Below are positions 1-7,957 of a stretch of DNA of 11,363 nucleotides, piece after piece. The translations under genes were made by a program, and so were the position numbers. Position 1 is the stretch's first letter. Each line of letters begins with the position of its first letter. The stretch is from Octopus sinensis (lineage: Eukaryota): positions 1 to 11,363 of the forward strand of contig NW_021827017.1 of NCBI RefSeq assembly GCF_006345805.1, in the 5' to 3' direction. The notes beneath the pieces are model-generated. The model had not been told where the DNA came from and made no database searches. It was given only the letters and a program-made list of their open reading frames with translations.

Positions 1-360
1 TGAGTCTACGATTTTAAAAATAATTAACATCATTTTTTTATTCCATTTTAATGCATAATTTTTTCGTGTGTCGATGGCGGTGGAGTTGGCGTCCACGCTC
101 AAAACACTGCACCTGTGTTGCTTCTCCCCCTTCTTCCCTCCCTCGTGAAGCTGTGGCGAAGGGAGTGTAAGGAAATCACGTCGTAATGCGTTGTCAAGGA
201 GACCAGCGTTCTTTTAGAACAGCGACTTCATGGCTTGAAGACACCAAAACAGAAATGGCTAAGAAAGCCCGAATTGGCATCTATAAAGGAAGTAACTCTC
301 TAAAAATGCTTATATAGTTTTCCCTTACAAACCCGAGCAACGCCGGGCGATACTGCATAG
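1..360 (+). mobile_element. Non-autonomous Helitron, 3' portion (5' end lies outside the window)
   Basis: Hairpin CCCGAGCAACGCCGGG at 332-347, followed by CGATACTGCATAG|T (CTAG terminus with a 1-nt insertion). Segments 1-62 and 282-360 are reverse complements of parts of the Helitron at 1446-1847. Confidence 0.8.
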
Positions 361-365
361 TATAT

Positions 366-422
<57 letters not shown>

Positions 423-430
423 CACATATA
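361..430. repeat. (TA)n/(CA)n microsatellite, the tail or internal microsatellite of the adjacent SINE
   Basis: Directly visible dinucleotide run. Confidence 0.95.
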
Positions 431-595
431 TACGACGGGGCTTCTTTCAGTTTCCGTCTACCAATTCACTCACAAGGCTTTGGTCGGCCCGAAGCTATAG
501 TAGAAGACAGTTGCCGAAGGTGCCACGCAGTGGGACGGAACCTGGAACCATGTGGTTAGTAAGCAAGCTACTTACCACACAACCACTCCTGTGCC
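431..595 (-). mobile_element. tRNA-derived SINE family A, head and body only (copy A1)
   Basis: Minus strand reads GGCACAGGAGTGGTTGTGTGGTAAG (A-box-like), then GGTTCCGTCCC (B-box-like), then CACCTTCGGCAACTGTC (similar to the CORE/V-type CCTTGGGCAAG motif). Colinear with copies at 657-1050, 6840-7252, 7719-8128 and 9403-9793. Confidence 0.88.
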
Positions 596-656
596 TATGT
601 GTAAAAAATGTTAAAACATTTTGTGTATTGTAGAAAAGCAATTTATTCTGTTATCT

Positions 657-1050
657 TCTCTCTTTTACTTTAGTGATTAGACTGTGGCCATGCTGGGGCA
701 CCATCTTGAGAAATTTTAGTCAAACTATTTGATCCCAGTTTTTATTTTTTTGTAAGCCTGATACTTTATTGGTCACTTTTTGCTAAACTGCTAAGTTACA
801 GGGACATGATCACACACCAAGAATGGTTGTCAAGCGGCGTTGGGGGATAAAAACAAATACACACACACACACATATGTGTATGTATGTATATGATGGGCT
901 TCTTTCAGTTTCTGTTTACCAAATCTACTCACAAGGCTTTGGTCAGTCTGGGGCTATAGAAAAAACGCTTGCTCAAGGTGCCATGCAGTGGGACTGAACC
1001 CAGAACCATGTGGTTGGGAAGCAAGCTTGTTACCACGCAGCCACGCTTAC
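657..1050 (-). mobile_element. SINE family A, long form, diverged (copy A2)
   Basis: Head, body, internal CA/TA microsatellite (~858-890) and 3' extension ending in AAGTAAAAGAGA; aligns with A4 and A5. Confidence 0.88.
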
Positions 1051-1074
1051 AAATTTCAACAACAAAATCTTATA

Positions 1075-1238
1075 TATTTCTTTACTACCCACAAGGGGCT
1101 AAACATAGAGGGGACAAACAAGGACAGACAAAGGGATTAAGTCGATTACATCGACCCCAGTGCGTAACTGGTACTTAATTTATCGACCCCGAAAGGATGA
1201 AAGGCAAAGTCGACCTCGGCGGAATTTGAACCCAGAAC
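1075..1238 (-). mobile_element. SINE family B (Nin/Deu-like core), 5'-truncated at the B box (copy B1)
   Basis: Near-identical to the corresponding part of B2 (2948-~3110); contains the core GCCTTTCATCCTTTCGGGGTCGATAAATTAAGTACC on the minus strand. Confidence 0.9.
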
Positions 1239-1262
1239 ACTTGGTTCAAATTCCGCCGAGGT
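1213..1262. other. Perfect 20-bp inverted repeat with a 10-nt loop at the truncation point of SINE B1
   Basis: ACCTCGGCGGAATTTGAACC (1213-1232) and GGTTCAAATTCCGCCGAGGT (1243-1262) are exact reverse complements. Confidence 0.95.
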
Positions 1263-1270
1263 AGGGACAC

Positions 1271-1346
1271 CACCCTCCTGCCCAGAGACCATATAGACTC
1301 CACCCTCCTGCCCAGGGGCTACATGGACCCCAGTTGAGAACCACAG
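1271..1346 (-). mobile_element. Probable terminus of a hAT/Charlie-type MITE, with an imperfect 30-bp tandem duplication
   Basis: Minus strand from 1346 reads CTGTGGTTCTCAACTGGGG, one mismatch to the CAGTGGTTCTCAAC TIR typical of Charlie-type MITEs. CACCCTCCTGCCCAG occurs at 1271 and 1301. The second end was not found. Confidence 0.45.
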
Positions 1347-1445
1347 TTGTAAATCATCATCAGAGATTGAGATGACCCCCTAAAGAAGGGAGATGTGGTT
1401 TAATTCCTATTTGTTGACTCATTTTTTTTTCACTTTTATTCCCTA

Positions 1446-1847
1446 CTAGCAGTATCGCCCGGCGTTGCTCGGGTTTGTAAGGGAAATAACTATATAAGCA
1501 TTTATAGAGATGTAAAAGTATAATAGCCATCTCAATATGGCTAACCACAAAGGGAGGGGGTGTTACTGTAGCTTTTTACGTTCTGAGATTTAATAATACA
1601 TTTTTAGAGAGTTACTTCCCTTATATAATAGCAGAAAGATGCATTAAAAATGGGAAAAAATGATGGTAATTTTTTTTTTAAATCGTAGACTCATCGTAGA
1701 CGCGCGCTAATACCCAGAAGGGCTCGATATGAATCACGACTATAAGATACCCGCTTTTGGTTAAACTGCACCGCAAAATGTGGGAGTAGTTAGGAATCTA
1801 AATCGTAGGAGACAGACACCACACAACTTCACTTTTATATATAAAGG
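1446..1847 (-). mobile_element. Non-autonomous Helitron, apparently full length (~400 bp)
   Basis: 3' CTAG at 1449-1446 preceded by the hairpin CCCGAGCAACGCCGGG (1473-1458). The 5' end reads CCTTTATATATAAAAG (expected TC appears as CC). Flanked by A and T as expected for a Helitron AT target; no TSD or TIR. Confidence 0.8.
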
Positions 1848-1849
1848 TA

Positions 1850-2295
1850 GTGCTACCAGTGCCGTGGCATGTCGAAACTTGCTTGTGAAGACCCATTGAG
1901 GCAAGTGAGGATCAGAATCGAAATCGATCAAGGAAATTGCAGATGTGTTACCAGTGCCGTGGCAGTAAGAGAACTTTCCGTTTCGCGACCGTTGTGCCAG
2001 CACCGCACCGTTTCGTGTCCGTTGCCAGCCTCGCGCTGGCCCTCGTGCCGGTGGAGGCACATAAAAGCACCATCCGTTCGTGGCCGTTGCCAGCTCTGTC
2101 TGGCACCAGTGCGGGTGGCACGTAAAAAGCACCCACACACTCACGGAGTGGTTGGCGTTAGGAGGGCATCCAGCCGTAGAAACACTGCCAGATTTGACTG
2201 GCCTGATGAAGCATTCGCTTCACAGACCCAGTAGAACCGCCAACCCATGCTAGCAGAAAACGACGCTAAATGATGATGATATGATGATGATGTGA
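1850..2295 (+). mobile_element. RTE-clade LINE 3' end or RTE-derived non-autonomous retroposon, 5'-truncated
   Basis: GGAGTGGTTGGCGTTAGGAGGGCATCCAGCCGTAGAAAC...AACCCATGCTAGC...CGCTAAA followed by a (TGA)n tail at ~2270-2295, resembling RTE/Expander-type 3' UTRs. Internal direct repeats TACCAGTGCCGTGGCA x2 and CCGTTGCCAGC x2. Confidence 0.72.
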
Positions 2296-2575
2296 TGGGG
2301 TTTGTTGTTTACAAATGAAAGTGAATAGGATATAAAGGCAATTCCCCCCGCTCACACACACACCAAGACAGAGAGGAGGAGAGACAGAGAAGAGAAGTGA
2401 TAGACAGAGAGGAGGAAGACAAGGACAGACAGAGATCTGATGAAGTCGAGAATACGTTTGATCTTCTGTCTGCTCAATCAGAGCCGGCTTGAAGCCGAAC
2501 AATTACAATGGCAAAGACTGCAACAATTAAGCAATCACCAATCTCACAGCTTCCATTGTTGCCTTCTGTCATTTT

Positions 2576-2657
2576 GTGTCTGTCTGCCTGTCTCTTTCTG
2601 CCTTTCTATTTGCTTGCTTGTCTGTCTGTCTGTCTGTCTGTCTTCCCACCTACCTAC

Positions 2658-2731
<74 letters not shown>

Positions 2732-2947
2732 GTCTGTCTATATCTATCTACCTACCTACCTATCTATCTATCTACCTACCTACCTACCTACCTACCTATC
2801 TATCTATCTATCTATGTATCTATCTGTCTGTCTGTCTTTCTGTTTATCTGTCTGTCTTTCTATCTCTCTATCTCTATCTCTCCCTCTCTCTATCTATCTA
2901 CCTATATCTATCTATCTATCTATCTATCTCTATCTATCTATCTATCT
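2576..2947. repeat. Compound tetranucleotide microsatellite (TCTG)n/(CCTA)n/(TCTA)n
   Basis: Directly visible; it explains the LSIY/YLSI ORFs. Confidence 0.97.
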
Positions 2948-3180
2948 TATTTCTTTACTACCCACAAGGGGCTAAACACAGAGAAGACAAACAAGGACAG
3001 ACAAACGGATTAAGTCGATTACATCGACCCCAGTGCGTAACTGGTACTTAATTTATCGACCTCGAAAGGATGAAAGGCAAAGTCGACCTTGGCGGAATTT
3101 GAACTCAGAACGTAACGGCAGTCGAAATACAGCTACGCATTTCGCCCGGCGTGCTAACGTTTCTGCCAACTCGCCGCCTT
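2948..3180 (-). mobile_element. SINE family B (Nin/Deu-like core), full length (copy B2)
   Basis: Minus strand: head AAGGCGGCGAGTTGGCAGAAACG, B box GAGTTCAAATTCC, core GCCTTTCATCCTTTCGAGGTCGATAAATTAAGTAC (3078-3044), stem-loop GTCGAT-GTA-ATCGAC, tail GTAGTAAAGAAATA. Confidence 0.9.
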
Positions 3181-3184
3181 CATA

Positions 3185-3230
3185 ATCTATCTATCTATCT
3201 ACCAACCAACCAACATACCTACCTACCTAC
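3185..3230. repeat. (TCTA)/(CCAA)/(CCTA) microsatellite, left remnant of the field split by the hAT insertion
   Basis: The same repeat units resume at 4798. Confidence 0.9.
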
Positions 3231-3312
3231 TAGGGCTCGCAAAAAACCGATAATTCCCAAAACCGAGTTCAAGTATAAGTAATTCTCAAGACCGGTTAAA
3301 AACCGGTTTTCG

Positions 3313-3709
3313 CGGGTACTACTTAAGAAGAGTGGTCCCGGTGCGCGCACTCGCGCTAGCTAGTCGTGACTAGTCGATCCTTACTTGGATACGGCAGTTT
3401 TCAACACAATTTCTAGTTAACTAAACACTTTAAAACTTCGTATACTGGTAGAATGTGTCAGTATACGAAGTTTTAAAGTGTTTTTAGTTAACTAGAAATT
3501 GTGTTGAAAACTGCCGTTCAAAAGGAAAAAATCCCCTTACTTTGTGTTTTATTTACTTTTAAAATATTATTTACTTTGTGTAAACAAAACTATTTATTTT
3601 GTGTTTTATTTACTTTGCTAGGCAGTCGTTGTAGGATCGACTAGTCACGACTAGCTAGCGCGAGTACGCGAGTGCGCGCACCGGGATCACTCTTCTTACA
3701 TAGTACCCG
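3313..3709. repeat. ~400-bp interrupted palindrome inside the hAT: outer arms 3313-3381 and 3633-3709, inner arms 3391-3447 and 3459-3517, 11-nt loop
   Basis: Inner arms are identical except for a 2-nt indel in an A/T run. Outer arms differ by 3 substitutions and an 8-nt duplication (TACTCGCG). Confidence 0.93.
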
Positions 3710-4612
3710 AATTCTTTAGAGATTTCAAATCCATCTGTTACCATCCTGGGCTCTTCATTCATTTTCTTCATTGCGCTTGTGTATTCACGAATGAGTCCAT
3801 TACCTTCATAAGTAGATGGGACAACAGTAACACTTGTTTTTAGGTTCCCTCCTATTTCATTTTCTTCGTATAATTCTGTTGTATTCTCAGTGTCATGTTC
3901 AGGAAATAATCTCCTATATGTTTGTTCAGCATACTTCCTTAAATGTTGTTTCGTTAAAAAATAGAAAAGGTCCAGAAATTGACTCACCTTTAAATTTCCT
4001 TGGGTTATGTAAATACCTCAAGCGAGTCAAGCTTTCGACATTTCTTCCCTTATTATATCTATGCATAAGTCTTTCACGAAGATTTAGAGCTAAGGGGTTG
4101 CCGACGATATTAAGTTTATTCAATAAAAATTCTGTAGGATATTCCGCTTTCAGTAAACCCGTATCATCAGAGCAAATAGCCTTCAAAATAATTTCTACTG
4201 AATGCAGAATTTCATATAGTAAATTGAGAGACTTCCATTCTTCGTCAGCGATGGGCATCTGTGGAAAGTTCTGCTCGTAGAGCATTTGGAATGCAGCTTT
4301 TCAATTTCAAAAATCTCTCAATCATATGGAATGTGCTATTCCACCGAGTTCTGCAATCCGGTATAAGTTTATATTCTCTGTTATCAAAGTTCGCTCGTAC
4401 AAAATTTCATTTTTTTGTAGGAGATTTACGGAAAAGTTTTGAAATTTTTCTTACCTTATTTAAAACTTTGTTAAATTCAGGTTTTAGCTGGGGAAAACAC
4501 GCATTTTCGTGTGCCAAATCTGTTTAACAAAGTATGTCTTGGCTTATGTCAGCTTCATCATCACTATCGTCTGTTATGGCGATCACTATCGTCTGTTATA
4601 GCGATCTCTTCA
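3710..4612 (-). pseudogene. hAT transposase fragment (central catalytic region), frameshifted and truncated at both ends
   Basis: Manual minus-strand translation of ~4523-4240: ...KVLNKVRKISKLFRKSPTKK*NFVRANFDNREYKLIPDCRTRWNSTFHMIERFLKLKSCIPNAL. After a frameshift it continues in ORF 3926-4285 (DEEWKSLNLLYEILHSVEIILKAICSDDTGLLKAE), then in ORF 3655-3987 up to ISKEF. DxxTRWNST is the hAT hallmark motif. No BED finger or C-terminal dimerisation motif is present. Confidence 0.9.
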
Positions 4613-4797
4613 CTTTGACCGGCACATTTAAAAAATAGTTATTTGTAACTAAACACTTTTAAACTTTGTATACTGGTAGAATGTGTTACATAAAACATCT
4701 TTTATTGAAAAGATCCGAAACAGCAAGCCATAAAATCGGTTTTGGCAAATCAGTTTCGGTTTTACTGATCATAATATAAAAGCGGTTTCGAGGCCTA

Positions 4798-5048
4798 CTA
4801 CCTACCTACCTATCTACATACATACATACATACATACATAACTACATACCTACCTATCTACCTACCTACCTACCTATCTACCTACGTACCTACATACCTA
4901 CCTGCCTATCTACCTACCTATCTACCTACCTACCTGCCTGCCTACTTGTCTGCCTCCCTACCTGTCTACCTACCTACATACCTACCAACCTAACCAACCA
5001 CTTACATATCTATATATCTGTCTGTCTGTCTATCTATCTATCTATGTA
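4798..5048. repeat. Compound (CCTA)n/(CATA)n/(TCTG)n/(TCTA)n microsatellite
   Basis: Directly visible. Confidence 0.95.
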
Positions 5049-5188
5049 TCTGAATTTCGTTAGTGAACAGGTCGCGGTTTCAAAGCCACGAAAATATTTT
5101 GACAAATCAAATTTAAATGTTGAAGCGAATCTAACGGTTTTTTTGTGTTTCGTAAATGGCTTATAAACACCTGCCACACTGCAATTAT

Positions 5189-5329
5189 TTATATATATAT
5201 ATATATATATACACCTTCTTTTGGTTTCCATCTACCAAATCCATTCACAAAGCTTTGGTTGGCTCAAGGCTATAGTAGAAGACACTTACTCAAGGTGCCA
5301 CGCAATGGAGCTGAACCCTGAACCATGTG
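5189..5329 (-). mobile_element. SINE family A short form, 5'-truncated (copy A3), with a (TA)n tail
   Basis: CTTCTTTTGGTTTCCATCTACCAAATCC...GAACCATGTG aligns with the family A body; (TA)n at 5189-5211. Confidence 0.82.
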
Positions 5330-5410
5330 AAATTTTGATCTTTAAAACAGGTATTTGTACTTCAGAACCAAATCTGATTTTAGGTGATTTGGTATCACAT
5401 CAAAAGTACT
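5326..5410 (+). mobile_element. Possible degenerate distal fragment of the piggyBac-like MITE family
   Basis: TGAAATTTTGAT...CTTTAAAACAGG resembles ATGAAATTTTG...GATCACTTT in the copies at 7339-7693 and 7696-8275; the rest is from memory of similar repeats. Confidence 0.35.
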
Positions 5411-5572
5411 AACTCTGAAATATGCCACTCTTAAAGCTAACTGCCCCTCATGTCCCTTTTAGTTATGCTGGTGGTGTTCTTAAAACTGCTTGGTATTTCT
5501 TTCTTACCTCCTTACTAGACATTCTCACACATATTTTTATCAATTTTTCTAAGGTTTATAATTTCTCCTTCC

Positions 5573-5817
5573 TATTTCTTTACTACCCACAAGGGGCTAC
5601 ACACAGAGAAGACATTGAGGGGACAAACAAGGACTGACACATGGATTAAGTCGATTACATCGACCCCCAGGATGTAACTGGTACTTATTTAATCGACCCC
5701 GAAAGGATGAAAGGCAAAATCGACCTTGGCAGAATTTGAACTCAGAACGTAACGGCAGACGAAATACGGCTACGCATTTCACCTGGTGCGCTAACATTTC
5801 TGCAAGCTCGCCGCCTT
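5573..5817 (-). mobile_element. SINE family B, full length with TSD (copy B3)
   Basis: Colinear with B2, plus a small internal insertion in the tail. Flanked by TCTCCTTCC at 5564-5572 and 5818-5826. Confidence 0.9.
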
Positions 5818-5940
5818 TCTCCTTCCTTCCTTCCTTCCTTCTCTCTCTCTCTCTCTCTCTCTGTATGTATGTTTCTTGCTCAAACCAGCACCACAAGCAC
5901 CACCACCACCACCAACAACAACAACAATATTATCATCATA
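5818..5940. repeat. (CCTT)n, (CT)n, (CAC)n and (CAA)n simple repeats
   Basis: Directly visible. Confidence 0.88.
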
Positions 5941-5979
5941 TTTTTCATAGTTGCTTTCATTTTAATTATTACATGGCAT

Positions 5980-6110
5980 TGAAGGTGTGTGGCCTACGTT
6001 AGAGTGTTGCATTCATGAATTCATAGCAGAAGTTTCATGGGAATATTGAATTCACAAGTGGCTCCTGACATCCTGCATGCATAAATGACTGAAACAAGTA
6101 AAAGAGAGTA
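5980..6110 (+). mobile_element. Degenerate SINE remnants: eroded tRNA-like head (~5984-6020) and a family-A-type 3' tail (~6083-6110)
   Basis: AAATGACTGAAACAAGTAAAAGAG is the reverse complement of the tail ends of A4 and A5. GTGTGGCCTA-GTTAGAGTG is A-box-like. Confidence 0.45.
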
Positions 6111-6294
6111 AAGATTATGTGTTTGTAGTGCCAAAGCTGTCACCTCTCAATGTAGGGAAGTAGGGGTTCGATCTGGAGAGGTTCCCTGATCTCAGAGCTA
6201 CATGTCCTTTTCAAGTGTCATTACTCCATAGATCCTTCAGAGGAACCCCATTTTGGCCACTTGTATTCACAGTCATACTTTTTCGATTATTACC

Positions 6295-6612
6295 TGACTC
6301 AGTGGTTAAAGTATCGGGCTCACAATCATGAAGTAATGAGTTCAATTCCTGGACTAGGCTGAGCAAGACACTTTGTTTCATCATGTTGCTCCAGTTCACT
6401 CAGTTGTAGAAATGAGTTGTGACATCTCTGGTGCCAAGCTGTATCAGCCTTTACCTTTCCCTTGGATAACATCGGTGGTGCAAAGATGGGAGGCTGGTAT
6501 GCATGGGCGATTGCTGGTCTTCATAAACAGCCTCGCCCAGACTTGTGCCTCCGCAAGGGACTTTCCACATGCAATCCCATGGTCATTCACAGCTGAAGGG
6601 GGTCTTTACCCT
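6295..6612 (+). mobile_element. tRNA-derived SINE family C (V/Meta-type core motif), diverged
   Basis: A box TGACTCAGTGG (6295-6305), B box GAGTTCAATTCC (6338-6349), then GAGCAAGACACTTT...TTGCTCCAGTTCACTCAGTTGTAGAAATGAG, resembling conserved metazoan SINE core domains. Confidence 0.7.
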
Positions 6613-6759
6613 CTCCATGACCTTAGCTGAGGGTAGGCATTCAGACTGAATAGAGGCACTCATTCTGCACTTTTTAGCGCAGAAGTCAGTTATACTTGAC
6701 AGCTAGTTGACAACCACCAAAAATGTGTGTGTGTGTGTGTGTGCGTGTGTGGATATGGA

Positions 6760-7049
6760 TGTGTGGTTAAGACATTTGCTTCACAACAATGAGGTTCTTG
6801 GTTCAATCTCATTTGGCATATTGAATAAATGTCTTTTATTCTTTTACTTGTTTCAGTCATTTGACTGCGGCCATGCTGGAGCACCGCCTTTAATTGAGCA
6901 ACTCAATCCCGGGACTTATTCTTTTGTAAGCCCAGTACTTATTCTATCAGTCTCTTTTGCCGAACCGCTAAGTGACAGGGACGTAAACACACCAGCATCG
7001 GTTGTCAAGCAATGCTAGAGGGACAAACACAGACACACAAACATACACG

Positions 7050-7089
<40 letters not shown>

Positions 7090-7305
7090 CGACGGGCTTC
7101 TTTCAGTTTCCGTCTACCAAATCCACTCAGAAGGCATTGGTCTGCCCGGGGCTATAGTAGAAGACACTTGCCCAAGGTGCCATGCAGTGGGACTGAACCC
7201 GGAACCATGTGGTTGGTTAGCAAGCTACTTACCACACAGCCACTCCTGCACCTTTTATCATAACCTTTTGTGACTGAAATCGGATAGAGAGAATCTAAGT
7301 AGAAG
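6760..7305 (+). mobile_element. Old family-A-like SINE (6760-6839 and 7259-7305) split by the A4 insertion
   Basis: GATGTGTGGTTAAG...GGTTCAATCTC...AAATGTCTTTTAT resumes after A4 as CATAACC...TTGTGACTGAAATCGGATAGAGAGAATCTAAGTAGAAG, matching the family A body. Confidence 0.65.
6840..7252 (-). mobile_element. SINE family A long form, young copy A4
   Basis: Full head, body, microsatellite and tail; TSD TTTTAT at 6834-6839 and 7253-7258. Confidence 0.92.
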
Positions 7306-7338
7306 TAGAAGTTTGTAATTCAAAAACCTAGGCTTACA

Positions 7339-7693
7339 TTAACCCTTTTGTTACCGCATTTCTACTGAAACACAATTAATTTTTGAAACAATGAAGATTT
7401 TAGTAAAATGTTTTTTACGAGGTGGCAAGCTAGCAGAACCATTTGTATGCCAAACAAAATGCTTAGTGGCATTTTGTCTGTCGTTGTGTTCCAAGTTCAA
7501 ATTTCACCAAGGCTAACTTTGCCTTTCGTCTTTACAGATCAATGAAATGTGTACCAGTAGAGCACTGGGGTTGATGTAATCAACTTGTGCTCCCCCTTAA
7601 AATTGCAGGCCTTGTGTCTATCCTAGAAAAGGTTATCAAACTGCTGTTTGGAACATAAACATGAAATTTTGATGGAAGTTTTAATTTATATCA
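7339..7693 (+). mobile_element. piggyBac-like MITE copy P1 (TTAA-CCC terminus), interrupted by SINE B4 and right-truncated
   Basis: TTAA|CCCTTTTGTTACC at 7339. With B4 removed, the sequence aligns with P2. Confidence 0.65.
7419..7632 (+). mobile_element. Old SINE B-related copy (B4) with a different 3' tail
   Basis: GAGGTGGCAAGCTAGCAGAA...AAGTTCAAATTTC...CTTTGCCTTTC...GTACCAG...CACTGGGGTTGATGTAATCAACTT aligns with the B2 head and core; the tail AAAATTGCAGGCCTTGTG differs. Confidence 0.78.
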
Positions 7694-7695
7694 GC

Positions 7696-7926
7696 TTAAC
7701 CATTTTGTTACTGTATTTACTCTTTTTTACTTGTTTCAGTCATTTGACTGCGGCCATGCTGGAGCACCGCCTTTAGTCGAGCAAATCGACCCCGGGACTT
7801 ATTCTTTGTAAGCCCAGTACTTATTCTATCGGTCTCTTTTGCCGAACCGCTAAGTGACGGGGACGTAAACACACCAGCATCGGTTGTCAAGCAATGCTAG
7901 GGGGACAAACACAGACACACAAACAC

Positions 7927-7957
<31 letters not shown>

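Larger units (their letters stand above)
3231..4797 (-). mobile_element. Internally deleted hAT DNA transposon (TAGGG terminus; Ac/hATm-like), 1567 bp
   Basis: Imperfect TIRs: TAGGGCTCGCAAAAAACCG on the left and TAGGCCTCGAAACCG as the reverse complement of the right end. 8-bp flanks CTACCTAC at 3223-3230 and 4798-4805 (inside a CCTA microsatellite, so less diagnostic). Subterminal AAACCG/CGGTTT motifs at both ends and an internal transposase remnant. Confidence 0.85.

Noticed and set aside
969-1178. ORFs ending YPQGAKHR...RPQCVTGT or containing PCSGTEP, recurring at 2440, 7012 and 7894
   Set aside because: The shared peptides come from repeated SINE copies, not from a gene family.
1271-1330. 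CRISPR-like repeat-spacer pattern (15-bp repeat at 30-bp spacing)
   Set aside because: Only two units, in a eukaryotic context, adjacent to a MITE-like terminus; a simple tandem duplication.
1761-2234. Cluster of overlapping ORFs, including a Cys-rich 121-aa ORF
   Set aside because: They lie in the GC-rich RTE-type 3' UTR; no RT or endonuclease motif is present.
2440-3051. Long ORFs of 203, 155 and 145 aa
   Set aside because: They are translations of the (TCTA)/(CCTA) microsatellite plus the SINE B tail; stop-free by repeat composition.
3834-4527. Plus-strand ORFs 3834-4280 and 4261-4527
   Set aside because: They are antisense shadows of the minus-strand transposase remnant.
5049-5188. Unique island with open frames (65-aa minus ORF)
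   Set aside because: No convincing acceptor/donor pair on either strand and no recognisable motif; the ORF start and end lie in repeats.
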